Shown here: positions 37,542 to 50,034 of the stretch, one piece after another | Layout: the number at the start of each line of letters is the position of its first letter | Position numbering within the stretch: the stretch's first letter is position 1 | Assembly: GCF_006345805.1 (NCBI RefSeq) | Contig: NC_043000.1 | Location: 92,504,001-92,568,000 of the forward strand | Length of the DNA: 64,000 nt | From: Octopus sinensis | Lineage: Eukaryota | Direction: 5' to 3' | Position numbers and translations under genes: made by a program | Notes under the pieces: model-generated | Told to the model about the DNA's origin: nothing | Database searches by the model: none | The model's input: only the letters and a program-made list of their open reading frames with translations

Positions 37542-37762
37542 CCCTTTAGTGTTCAGATTATTCTGTTAAATGTAATACTTTTTCACTCAAATTGTTTTGA
37601 ATTAATCATGCATTATCTTATAGCTTTGAGGTTTCAATGATGTGAATGTTCATTTTTAGAATGTCACTGTAGGTTAGGTGTGAGAGGCTGGATATCGCCA
37701 GTTTGGATATAAAACATGTATAATATATTGGGCCGGATGTGGCCGGTTTAAACACTAAAGGG
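37542..37762. mobile_element. piggyBac-like MITE with TTAT target duplication
   Basis: 12-bp TIR ccctttagtgtt / aacactaaaggg, with TTAT at 37538-41 and 37763-66. Partial copies near 10978-11130, 41010-41062 and 58820-58996. Confidence 0.8.
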
Positions 37763-37849
37763 TTATACTACGGTTCCTCTAAACAAAACATTTGTATGGG
37801 CTGTACAGCAAGGGATCGCAGAATTGTCTTCCTTGGACTAGAAGGGACT

Positions 37850-37881
<32 letters not shown>

Positions 37882-38974
37882 TATTGTTATTAGTTCTGTA
37901 GTTTTTGAAACATCATATGAGAGTCCTATGACAAAATAAATCTATAAATCTGCAAACTACAGTTCTACACCATACTGTTACAGTTCTACACCAAACTGTA
38001 CAGTATTGTACAACACTCCACCATGCTTCTTTTCAGCAAAATGGTTCTAGTACATTATATGGTATTTCTCTGAAATAAATTACAATATCTTATATGTAAT
38101 ACCATGTACGCCATCATGTCTTTTTTAACAGCATCCCCATCTTCACTGTTGTAGTCATCATCCTCATTATTGCAATCGTCATCACCACCACCATCACCAC
38201 CAACACTACCACCACCACGACCACCACCAATATTACCATCGCTGCTGCTGCTACCACCACAACCATCACCACTATTACCACTACCATCAATGCTGCTGCC
38301 ACTGCTACTACCACCACTGCCACTGATGCCACCACCACCACTACAACCATCACCACTATTACCACTACCATCAATGCTGCTGCCACTGCTACCATCGCCA
38401 CTGCCACTGATGCCACCACCACCACCACCATTATCATCACTATACTTTGTAATTATTTATTTAGATACAAACTTAATTGGTTTTGCTTTCTTTGGGGCTT
38501 TTTGTTGTCCAGCAAGAAAAAGAAATTGTCCTTATTAGAACACTTATATCTGCATTAAGATGGAGCAAAATCTATACATATGTATAAAATGAAATTTTCA
38601 ATATCTTTTACACAAAATATTCTTTGACTTAAACATCACACCAGTTGTGGTGTCCTTATTTTCCTTTGCTGGTTTCTGCTATTGGACCTTAACTACGCTA
38701 AGGACTTTCAGGGTTTAGTTGATTAAGATGATTCGTATATGAGATGATATAAAAAGATTCTCTGACCAGTTATGTTTAATAAAAAATTACTTTTTAACCA
38801 AAGTTTTAACATAATCTCTTTCTAAGAGTTGACAAGTTGTGGTGCACCTGAGCACCGTCTACAATAATTTCATTATTATTTTAAATAGTCATCTTGTGCA
38901 GCAATACAAAGGTTCCAGTATTCCTGCCACATTTGGAATCCAGTCTAGAAGTCGTTTTCCATAAGAGAAATAAG

Positions 38975-39530
38975 GACCTTCTGTGATTCACTCATGATCT
39001 TTACAGCAGTCTTAAAACAGTGATCTTTGAGCTGCATTTTTTATCTTGGGGAACAGATGGAAGTCTACAAGTACTAAATCTGGTAAATATGATGGGTGTA
39101 GAAGTGATGCCATGTTGTCTCAGGTGAAAGACTTGTAATTAAGGGGAGCATAGTGACAGGGTGCATTGTTGTCATGAAGAATCCAGTTCTTCGCACTCAA
39201 CAGATGTGGTTGCTTTCACCAAATGTCCCCACTCAAATGCTTCAAAATACCACAGTAGAATTCTCAATTGACAGTCTGGTCTTGAGAGACAAATTCTCAA
39301 TACGCTGTACCACATTTCTGGGTGTGACACTTGTGGCATGTCTTCCAGATCACCCAAAATCTTCCAGGAACATTCTTCTGCTCTTTAAGTGCTTATGTTA
39401 CTCAAAGAATTGTGTATGACTCTTTACATGTCATAAGCCTGCTGAAGCATGCCATATCGCTAAAAGTCTCAAGACTAGCTAGATCTGGCCTCTCCATCTA
39501 CCTTATAAAGTCATTCTAAAAATAACCACA
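38975..39530 (-). mobile_element. Mariner transposase remnant
   Basis: Minus frame EFYCGILKHLSGDIW*KQPHLLSAKNWILHDNNAPCH resembles the mariner W.LHHDNAPCH motif. The frame is interrupted by stops. Confidence 0.8.
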
Positions 39531-39579
39531 TCATTGAAATTGCAAAGCTACAAGGTTATATATGATTACCTGAAAACAA

Positions 39580-40489
39580 TCTTACTATAATGGGCGTTAT
39601 GTCCGTCTGTTTGTTCGTCTGTCCGTCCGTCTGTTCGCCTGTTCCCTCTTCATGGTCAAACAACTGGATTAATGGTCATGATGTTTTTCAGAATTATGAA
39701 GGAGGTAATTAGGTAGATTTTTAGCAAAAAAAAAGGGTAAAAATCACCTTTGATTTTTCCTGTTAAAATTCTGATGATAAGGATTAACTCTGGATTCCAC
39801 CCCCACCCACTGGTATAGTTCGTGAATTTAGAGGGTTTAGATTTGCAATACTATCCCTTTATTTGCTATCTTACTATAATGAGTGTTATGTCTCTCTGAC
39901 CATCTCTGTGTTCCCTCTTCACAGCCAGACAGTTGTACCAATGGTTACAATATTTCGGTGGATTATAAAGATGGTCATCAGGAAGGCTTTTAGCATTAGA
40001 AAATCAGAAAGTATGATTATTTCGTGGATATCAATTCTTGAATTCATAAACCACCTTGACATTTTCATCAAAAATTCACAGACCATAAGTAACTCTGGAT
40101 TTTCATTGTATAGTTTTTGTCCCCATCGTAGATACAAAGGGGGTCATGAGGATGGTTAATAGTGGAAATTAAATGGGAAATGTTTGTGTCAGTATATAAT
40201 GTGTGTGATTATTCAGTAGTTATTGAAGTGTATCAGTCTCAAGCAGGATTTGAAATGACTAATCGAAGCAGCTGTTGTTTATATCTGAGTTTTATCAATC
40301 AAAATAACTCATGGTACCAGAGCATCCAAGTCTTAGTTTGATTTTTTGCCACATTAAAGATTCTGCTTACACATTCATAGCAAACAAGGCACAGGGCTAG
40401 ATTTTAGATCATGTAGGGGTATTTTTACCTATTCTGATGTTTATACATGGCCAGTAATACATCGTTAAGAGTAGAGCAACAGACTCTAG
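39580..40489 (+). mobile_element. Helitron-like non-autonomous element with duplicated 5' head
   Basis: A|TCTTACTATAAT start followed by (GTCC/GTCT)n. A second tcttactataat head lies near 39869. The putative end is CTAG|T at 40486-40490, with a short AGAGT/ACTCT hairpin. Confidence 0.45.
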
Positions 40490-41647
40490 TAATTTGAAAA
40501 TTAGTGTTGACCAAACAGAAAATATCATCTACAAAGAAGTTTTGTAATCATATTGATATCATCAAAAGGAATACAATTCATAATCTAAATAAGGAAATTT
40601 GTGAACTTTGAATGTATAAAAGTATAAACAAGTGTAAAATAGGGTAAACAACTAAAATAAAAGTATATCTAGATAACATTTTCTTCTTAATACTTTTTAT
40701 GTAGAGGTCAAAGGGAGCTCTGGCTTTCATTAGAAGTGGTCCACATAACCATTCATGATACAGAGGCTAGGAGCCTATTTTAGTTCAGGAGTGAATCGTC
40801 ATTGCATGTCACTTAGTCGCAAACACATGTCATAGCTGCAACAGAATGGTTTATCACCAACAATAATGTGATATCTCTAAGACATCACCCAGTAATCTAT
40901 CAAGTCTATTTATACATTTCTCAATACATACTGTTGTTATGACTTCCTGCCCTCATCTTATGCCTCCATAATAGATGAGTAGATTTGCTAGTTTAAATAG
41001 TTTAAATAAATAGTATTACATTTGACAGAGTAATCTGAATGCTGAATGGTTAATTTTGTAGCTGTGTGGTAAGAAGCTTGCTTCTCAATCACATGGTTTG
41101 GAGTTCAGTTCCATAGAGTGGCACTTTAGGCACATGTCTTCTAGTATAGCATTGGACTGATCAAAGCTTTGTGAGAGAATTTAGTATATGGAAACTGAGA
41201 GAAGAATGTCACATATGTATATATACATATACATACATATACTTGGAAAAGAATGCGTGGCATTCGATCATATGATAATAAAATAACATATAAATATATG
41301 CATATATACATACATATATGTACATACCTACATCTATATATATATATATATATTATATATATAATAATTCAACAATAAGGGTAAAATTAATTTATTATTA
41401 ATCAATTTCACCAAGTATTCATATGTAAAGGGACCATTTTAGGCGATTCAAAATATTACATTATATATAAGGGCTTAGTAAAATAAATTACTTTGCCACA
41501 TACTGAACTCATTAGAAATAGCAGCTAAAGAAATTTCTTCAGCTATTTCTAATACTTAAAGAAGATCTCTCTCAGATAGTGTTTGCCTAAACCAACTCAC
41601 AAAGGTATGGGGGAAAAAACATTAAAAAATCAAGTGCAAAGGTTATT

Positions 41648-41700
41648 TGAGAACGTACGTTTCTAGATTTAGTCAATTCGACATTTCTTTCGTCAGCTCA
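41648..41700 (-). ncRNA. Type I hammerhead ribozyme motif
   Basis: Minus strand reads UGAG CUGACGA ... GAAAC GUAC GU U CUCA. Confidence 0.68.
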
Positions 41701-42202
41701 GAATTCCTTGAATCGTATTTGGGAACACTGAAAGTTGGGAGCATACCCTTTCGGCTTCTTATCACTCTAGAAATTCTGCTCGAACTAAAAGTGCTATCAA
41801 ATCCGAATATGCAAGCGAAGAATTTCTGCTCTCCCCTTTCCACCAGCGTGGGTTAAAATTGACAACACCATGTATTAACGGTGAAAACCGCAGCATTTAA
41901 CAGAGAGAGATGAATTATAATTTCAACAATTAAGGGTAAAATTAATTAATTATTAATCATTTCACCAAGTATTCAGTATGTAAAGGGACCATTTTAGGCG
42001 AATTCAAAATATTACATTATATATAAGGGCTTAGTAAAATAAATTACTTTGCCACTACTGAACTCATTAGAAATAGCAGCTAAAGAAATTTCTTCAGCTA
42101 TTTCTAATACTTAAAGAAGATCTCTCTCAGATAGTGTTTGCCTAAACCAACTCACAAAGGTATGGGGGAAAAAACATTAAAAAACCAAGTGCAAAGGTTA
42201 TT

Positions 42203-42253
42203 TGAGAACGTACGGTTCTAGATTAGTCATTCGACATTTCTTTCGTCAGCTCA
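42203..42253 (-). ncRNA. Hammerhead copy with damaged GAAA box (GAACC)
   Basis: Same motif as 41648-41700, but the + strand reads cggttc instead of cgtttc. This is either a mutation or a sequencing error. Confidence 0.5.
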
Positions 42254-42706
42254 GAATTCCTTGAATCGTATTTGGGAACACTGAAAGTTGGGAGCATACC
42301 CTTTCGGCTTCTTATCACCTCTAGAAATTCTGCTCGAACTAAAAGTGCAGAATGTGGCAAAGTAATTTATTTTACTAAGCCCTTATATATAATGTAATAT
42401 TTTGAATTCACCTAAAATGGTCCCTTTACATACTGAATACTTGGTGAAATTGATTAATATTAATTAATTTTACCCTTAATTGTTGAAATTATAATCATCT
42501 CTCTCTGTTAAATGCTGCGGTTTTCACCGTTAAACATGGTGTTTGTCAATTTTACCCACGCTGGTGGAAGGGGGAGAGCAGAAATTCTTCGCTTGCATAT
42601 TCGGATTTGATAGCACTTTTAGTCCGAGCAGAATTTCTAGAGGTGATAAAAGCCGAAAGGGTATGCTCCCAACTTTCAGTGTTCCCAAATACGATTCAAG
42701 GAATTC

Positions 42707-42758
42707 TGAGCTGACGAAAGAAATGTCGAATTGACTAATCTAGAAACGTACGTTCTCA
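42707..42758 (+). ncRNA. Type I hammerhead ribozyme motif
   Basis: TGAG CTGACGA(42711-17) ... GAAAC(42743-47) GTAC GT T CTCA. Confidence 0.7.
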
Positions 42759-42942
42759 AATAACCTTTGCACTTGATTTTTAATGTTTTTTCCCCATACC
42801 TTTGTGAGTTGGTTTAGGCAAACACTATCTGAGAGAGATCTTCTTTAAGTATTAGAAATAGCTGAAGAAATTTCTTTAGCTGCTATTTCTAATGAGTTCA
42901 GTATGTGGCAAAGTAATTTATTTTACTAAGCCCTTATATATA

Positions 42943-42990
<48 letters not shown>

Positions 42991-42994
<4 letters not shown>

Positions 42995-44592
42995 TCTTCA
43001 GGAAGATGGCCTGCTTGATCTGTAGAAAAGGTGTAGGTAGAACTCTATAAGATGTACCCAGTGTAAGCTATGGACACATAAGAGGTGCAGCAATGTCAAA
43101 GGTAGGCTAACTGGGAAGATAGTTTTTGTATGTGGCAGATGCTCGGAGCATTAACCTCCGAAAATCTGCAGAAAACAACTTCCGTCACTTTCCAGGGGAA
43201 AAACTAGAAGTAGTTGATAGCTTCCGTTATCTAGGTGACCAAGTCAGTAGTGGGGGTGGGTGCGCTGAAAGTGTAACTGCTAGAATAAGAATAGCCTGGG
43301 CAAAGTTTAGGGAGCTCTTACCTCTGCTGGTGACTAAAGGCCTCTCGCTAAGAGTAAAGGCAGACTGTATGATGCATGTGTACGAACAGCCATGCTACAT
43401 GGCAGCGAAACATGGGCCGTGACTGCTGAGGACATGCGTAAGCTCGTGAGAATGAAGCCAGTATGCTCCGATGGATGTGTAATGTCAGTGTACATACTCG
43501 ACAGAGCGTTAGCACCTTGAGAAAAATGTGTTGTACCTAAGAAGCATCAGTTGTGGGTGCAAGAGAGACGATTGCGCTGGTATGGTCATGTGGCGAGAAT
43601 GGATGAAGATAGGTGTGTGAGAAAGTGCCAATCCCTAGCAGTTGAGGGAACCGTGGAAGAGGTAGACCCAGGAAAACTGGGACGAGGTGGTGAAGCACGA
43701 CCTTCGAACTTTAGGCCTCACTGAGGAAATGACCAGAGACCGAGACCTTTGGAAATATTCTGTACGTGAGAAGACCAGGCAGGACAAGTGAGCCCAGCCC
43801 ACTTATGAATGCCTTTTCCCTTGGACACAAAGACCGGTTGAGGCAAGCGAAGTCGATATAGAACCTCATCCGACGACAGACACCCATGCCAACCCCCCAT
43901 GCTTGCGAAGACATTTGTGGGGCAAGCGAAATCGAAATCGAAACCGAATTGAACCAGCCAGGATCCCTGGCCTGGTGGTACGTAAAAAGCACTATCCGAC
44001 TCGTGGCCGTGGCACGTAAAATACTCCAATGCGACCGTATGACAGGCACCCATGCCAACCCCCTTTGCTTGTGAAGACATGTTGGGGCAAGCGAAATCGA
44101 AATCGAATTGAACCAGCCAGGATCCCTGGTCTGGTGGTACGTAAAAAGCACTATCCGACTCGTGGCCGTGGCACGTAAAATACTCCAATGCGACCGTACG
44201 ACAGGCACCCATGCCAACCCCCTTTGCTTGTGAAGACATGTTGGGGCAGCGAAATCGAAATCGAATTGAACCAGCCAGGATCCCTGGTCTGGTGGTACGT
44301 AAAAAGCACTATCCGACTCGTGCCGATGCCAGCACCGCCTCGACTGGCTTCCGTGCCGGTGGCACATAAAATACACCAATCTGACCGTGGCCGTTGCCAG
44401 CCCCGCCTGGCACCTGTGCAGGTGTCACGTAAAAATCACCCACTACACTCACGGAGTGGTTGGCGTTAGGAAGGGCATCCAGCTGTAGAACATTGCCAGA
44501 TTAGACTGGAGCCTGGTGCAGCCTTCTGGCTTCCCAGAACCCCGGTCGAACCGTCCACCCATGCTAGCATGGAGAACGGACGTTAAACGACG
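42991..44592 (+). mobile_element. RTE-clade LINE 3' portion (frameshifted RT C-terminus plus 3' UTR)
   Basis: LEVVDSFRYLGDQVSSGGGC..RIRIAWAKFRELLPLL; ..HGSETW..RRLRWYGHVARM..RGRPRKTW..DRDLWK, with a stop at 43789-91. The 3' UTR has ~160-166-bp tandem units at 43881, 44047 and 44206. Confidence 0.92.
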
Positions 44593-44729
44593 TTAATATA
44601 TAAATGAAAGAAGGGCACTCAACACATTTATGGGAGTTACATGTATAGATCAAAACAGTTTGTGTGTATGTGTACTGTTGGCGATTTTTTTCCTCCGTCT
44701 TCCCTTCCTTGGATCTTTCCTTTTCCTAT

Positions 44730-44764
44730 GTTTCTGATGAAGAGCTCTGCTCGAAACGTTAAAT
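44730..44764 (+). ncRNA. Minimal type I hammerhead motif
   Basis: GTTT CTGATGA A GAGC TCT GCTC GAAAC GT T AAAT. Stem III is reduced to the palindrome ACGT. It lies within a PLE-like repeat at 44640-44850 that ends in (TA)n. Confidence 0.7.
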
Positions 44765-44849
44765 CCTTCTTTCTTTCCTTCCTGAGCATCCAATAACAAT
44801 ATACTTTTCCACGGTCTCGTGTTGTTGTTGTTTTCATGTTTGGATTAAC

Positions 44850-44880
<31 letters not shown>

Positions 44881-45309
44881 TATGGAAACTCCGAAGTCTC
44901 TCACCTTGTGTAATTCTTCTAGCAAGAACAGGATGACTGTTGTTTTTTTTTAATATACTTTCCTATGTGTATTGGATACCCTCTCTCTATTTTTTAAACT
45001 CTCCTTCCCGTCCTCTCTCCCTCACACATACACACCTATTAAAAGGAGATGTTTATGTGTTTAAAGCAAAGGGACAGCAGTGGACCAGCTACTTTCTTCT
45101 TGTTTTGACTAATCACCCTATTTAAATAGTGTATCCTATGGAGGATTTTCACTTTCTTTTCCGTATTGATCTGTTATTTTAATGCTCCTTCCTCAATGTT
45201 AAGCTCATGTTTTTTTGATTTCTTCCTGCTTATCTCTTTCTGTTGCTTATCTTTTCCGTACTGATTTTCCTTTTGTTAAAACTTGGCCATTTCCTCTTGA
45301 TAAACATCC

Positions 45310-46335
45310 GGCACCTGTGTCGGTGGCACATAAAAACACCATCCGAAGACGGCAAGACTAGGCACCTGTGTCGGTGGCACATAAAAACACCATCCGAAGA
45401 CCCGCAAGACTAGTCAGGCCATAATCCGTGGCCCCAACCTGGGACGTAGTCAGTCCACCTGTGCATACCTCCTTCTTGTGACACTGTGAAGACCTTTGAG
45501 GCAAGTGAAAAGTGAAAATCAAATAAAATAGATGAACATCAATGGAATTTGTATCTTTATGGTACCAGTGCCGGTGGCACACAAGAAAACCATCCGAACG
45601 TGGCTGTAGCCAGTACCGCATCGACTGGCCTCCGTGCTGTGGGCACGTAACAAACACCATCCGATCATGTCCGTTCGCCAGCCTCATCAGGCACCTGTGT
45701 CGGTGGCACATAAAAATACCATCTGAAGACCCGGCAAGACTAGTCAGGCCATAACCTGTGGTCCCTACCTGGGACGTAGTCAGTCCGCCTGTGCATACCT
45801 TCCTTCTTGTGACACTTGTGAAGACCTGTTGAGGCAGTGAAGTGATCAATCAAAACAAATCAAAATAGATGAACATCAATGGAATTTGTATCTTTGTGGT
45901 ACCAGTGCCGGTGGCACACAAGAAAACCATCCGAACGTGGCCGTAGCCAGTACCGCATCGACTGGCCTCGTGCTGTGGCACGTAAGAAACACCATCCGAT
46001 CGTGGCGTTCGTCAGCCTCGTCTGGCACCTTGTCGGTGGCACATAAAAACACATCCGAGTGGCCGTTCGCCAGCCTCGACTGGCACCTGTGTCGGTGGCA
46101 CATAAAAACACCATCCGAGCGTGGCCGTTCGCCAGCCTCGTCTGGCACCTGTGTCGGTGGCACATAAAATCACCCACTACACTCTCGGGGTGGTTGGCGT
46201 TAGGAAGGGCATCCAGCTGTAGAAACACTGCCAGATCTGACTGGCCTGGTGCAGCCTTTGGGCTCCCCAGACCCCAGTTGAACCGTCCAACCCATGCTAG
46301 CATGGAAAGCGGACGTTAAATGATGATGATGATGA
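45310..46335 (+). mobile_element. RTE-tail element with internal ~330-bp tandem duplication and ~50-bp subrepeats
   Basis: gaccc.gcaagactagtcaggcc starts near 45399 and 45729. ggcacctgtgtcggtggcacataaaa is repeated. The element ends in the RTE tail plus (gat)n. Confidence 0.85.
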
Positions 46336-46339
46336 TATA

Positions 46340-46495
46340 TATATACATGCATATATGGGTACAGGACACCAAAAAAAAAACGTTGGACACAATGAGAAAC
46401 AAAAACCATAAAAACAAAAACATGGAAACGGACTTTTTTTTCAAACAATGAAAAAACAGAGTACAAGACATGCAACACAAGGAATGTTCCCCTGA
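46340..46495. repeat. Interspersed repeat, inverted copy at 60860-61015
   Basis: tatatgggtacaggac...gagtacaagacatgcaacacaaggaat is the reverse complement of 60880-61012. Confidence 0.8.
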
Positions 46496-47399
46496 TGTGT
46501 GACACTGTCTCTATGTTTGTCCCCCATCCACTGTTTGACAACCAGTGTGGTGTATTTACATTCTTGTAACTTGGCAGTTTAACAAAAGAGACCAATACAA
46601 TAAGTTCCAGGCTTTAAGAAACAAGTACAGATGGGAATACATTCGACTAAAGTTTCTTCAAGTCAGTGCTCCAGCATGGCCCCAGTCTAATGACTGAGAC
46701 AAGTAAAATAATAACAAATAATAAGGTACATGGTCAATAGCTTTTGGGTATTTCTCCTATCCTCTTGCTTAAACCATGTCACTGTAAACGGCACTTCCAT
46801 AGATTTTCCAAAGACAGGCTAAATGTGATCTAGGAGCACAACAAAATATCTGAAGCAAGCTTCTGAACTTCTTGAACTCTTTTATACTTCCTTACTCTCA
46901 ACACTTTAATATTTATAAAAAGTTTTCCTTCCAATAAAGCAAATTCTGTCAGAGACGTGTTTCGTTAATAGATTTTTTTTTTACACTTATGTATGTATAT
47001 GTGAGTGTGTGTGTGCATGCAAGTGTGTGTGTATGTGTATGTATGTATATTGTATATATATATATATATACACATATATTCATATATATATTCACATATA
47101 TATATGTATATATATATTCATATATATATACATATATACATACATATATGTGTATATACATACCCACACATATATGTAAATTGAAAATTAAGTATATGTA
47201 TGTATATATATATATATATATATATCTGTATCTGTATGTATGTATATGTATATATTGTGACTCCTTTTCCTTTGTGTTTTTCAATTTCACTTTGCATCCT
47301 TATTTTTTTCTTTCTTTCATCTTTGTCCTGAAACTTCAAAGAAAACCTGCTGTTCCAAAAGACATCATGCCAATATATTTTCACTTGTTAACGTAATAG

Positions 47400-47850
47400 C
47401 CCAATAACAACACCACCACCACCAACAACAACAACAAAAACAACAGCAACAACAACACCATCAGCAGCAACAATAACACAGAAGCGGCAATTCTGAATAA
47501 TAATAATAATAATGATGATAATAATATTAATAATAATAATAATAACAATAATAATAATAACAATAATAACAATAATAATAATAATAATAACAATAATAAT
47601 AATAATAATAAATAGTAATAGTAGGTATGATACACATAGGCAATTATAATATGATTATTATTACAACTTTATTATTATTGTTGTTGTTGTTATTATCATT
47701 ATTATTATCATTATTATGATGAAGAAGAAGAAGAAGAAGAAGAAGAAGAAGAAGAAGAAGAAGAAGAAGAAGAAGAAGAAAGAAGAGAGAAGAAGAAGAA
47801 GAAGAAGAAGAAGAGGAAAGAAGAAGAAGAAGAAGAAGAAGAATGATATT
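47400..47850. repeat. Compound trinucleotide microsatellite (AAC/AAT/TTA/GAA), representative of many such tracts
   Basis: Read directly. Similar tracts at 5030-5500, 5950-6330, 6720-6840, 21780-21910, 22140-22270, 27540-27980 and 38150-38440, plus many (TA)n, (CA)n and (TATG)n arrays. Confidence 0.95.
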
Positions 47851-48225
47851 TATAATACTAATAATATTTATGCTCATATTGATTAAGAAAAAAATTACTA
47901 GTTAAGTAACCATACCAATTAGTAGCCAAAGTACTGATATGCTTATGGTATTTTAGTAAAACTTTTGGTAAAGTATGATGATATATATGTTTCAAATAAA
48001 TTAGTCTGAAACTTTTACAAAACTACTTATTTACTCGTTAAATTATTTAAGCCTTATTGATTATTTTTTTAAAAGTTTCGCAATTTTTTTTTACCTTTGT
48101 TAATATCTTTTATATATGTGCAATTATATGTGTCTGCCTTCATATATGTATGTGTATTTGTGCATGTGTAAAGTTAAGTTTTGTACATGTATACACAAAT
48201 GTATAAGCATCATACATATGTTTAT

Positions 48226-48264
<39 letters not shown>

Positions 48265-49243
48265 GGGAATGTATATAAACATATATACATATTATAAGTA
48301 TAGATTCATATATGTATGAATACATATTCATATATATATGAAACACATAACTAAGTGTGCATGTGTGTATATATATGTGTGTGTGTGTGTATATATATAT
48401 ATATACATACACATTCATACATACATATATATATACACACATATATATATATACACACACACACATATATCTATATATGCACACACACACACACACAGAC
48501 ACACACATATGTACATATATATATATATACATAAATATCATATATATATGTACATATATGTGCATATATATATATATATACATAAATATCATATATATAC
48601 ATATACTTTCATAGGTACATTGATGTATGAGTATGCACATGAGAAAATGCAGACACACACATACACACAGACACATACAGATGCACAGACACACATACAC
48701 ATGCGCGCACACACACACACACACACTTGTATGCACAACATATGCATTGGTCATTGATTTTTGCAGGGTTTTTAAATAGCTATTAATAACTTTGGTTTAT
48801 ATATTAAAACATTATTTATTTTGACAACTGAGTTATAACAGTTTTATAAGTATGTATGTATGTATGTATGTATGTATGTATGTATGTATGTATGTATGTA
48901 TGAATGTATGTATGTATGTATGTATGTATGTATGAATGAATGTATGTATGTGTGAGACTGTATGTAAATGATGAGGATGGCAGCATACAACCAAGGAGTA
49001 TTTTTGAAGAGTGTGATTGGAGTTGAGTGAATGTTTATAGTCTTATTTTCAAATTTAATGTTTCTTAAAATAGAAATTTCAATATTATCTGCAAGTTATG
49101 ATTTCGGCTATTCCTTTCCCATTTTTCTTCTTCTGTGAAACACCATTTCTTAGTATTTTCCACCCACTTCTCCATTCTACTTTTCTGTCTACCTCTCATT
49201 TTTTGTGTTTCAGTCACACACTTTCTCTTTCTCTCTCTGTCTG

Positions 49244-49280
<37 letters not shown>

Positions 49281-49998
49281 ACTTGGTTTAAGAAGAGACA
49301 AAATTTAGATAATCATTCTATAGCTATGATTTACATCAACATAATAAATACATATACACCCAATTACAGCAAGACAAGGAACATATCTATATATTATCTA
49401 GAATAGAAATAACAATTACATAATGTAAAAGTGGTCAGTATCTGATAGAATAGCCGACAATTAACATAATGCAACCTAAAATTTTCTATTGTCTTACATT
49501 TCTTCAAACTTAATTATCTATTTCCTTATTCCTGATGAAGTGGACATTGTCAGTGTGAAACTAAAATATTCAAATCTTGTTGACTAATGAACTACAGAAA
49601 CGGTTGTTGAATTGCTTCATATATGATGTTATAACCCTCTATTAGAATTTCTTCAGAACTCCTCTAAACTTTTAAATCCATCATTAGGATTTCTCACTGC
49701 CACAGTGAGAAATTACATATGATGTAATTTATATATATATTACAGGCTTCTTTCAGTTTCCATCTGCCAAATCCACTCGGTCCAAGGCTATAGTAGATGC
49801 TTGCCGAAGGTGGCATGCAGAAGGATTGAACCTGGAACCATGTGGTTGGAAAGTAAGCGTCTTACCACACAGCCATGCCTGCACCCTAATAAAACAACAA
49901 TATATGTTTTTAAAAACATATATTGTGTTTATTAGATAATATTTATCTCTCACCATATGGAATATTCTTTTTGTTGATCTAATCACCATGGAATAGTA

Positions 49999-50034
<36 letters not shown>

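Larger units (their letters stand above)
41364..42943. mobile_element. Tandem plus inverted array of ~555-bp hammerhead-bearing monomer, locus 2
   Basis: ttatatataagggc at 41461 and 42017 (period ~556). About 1.8 forward monomers run to 42348, then about 1 inverted monomer at 42352-42943. Homologous to 12131-13160, with (TA)n on both sides. Confidence 0.85.

Noticed and set aside
39940-39990. Minus-strand CTGATGA...GAAA in the Helitron-like element
   Set aside because: The intervening sequence cannot form stem II and the flanks do not form stem I.
43881-46200. CRISPR-like or other repeat-spacer array
   Set aside because: The repeats are tandem units of a retroelement UTR without unique spacers, in eukaryotic DNA with no cas genes.
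49526-49610. CTGATGA...GAAAC at 49532 and CTAATGA...GAAAC near 49584
   Set aside because: Stems III and I do not pair. Counted only as a possible decayed remnant.
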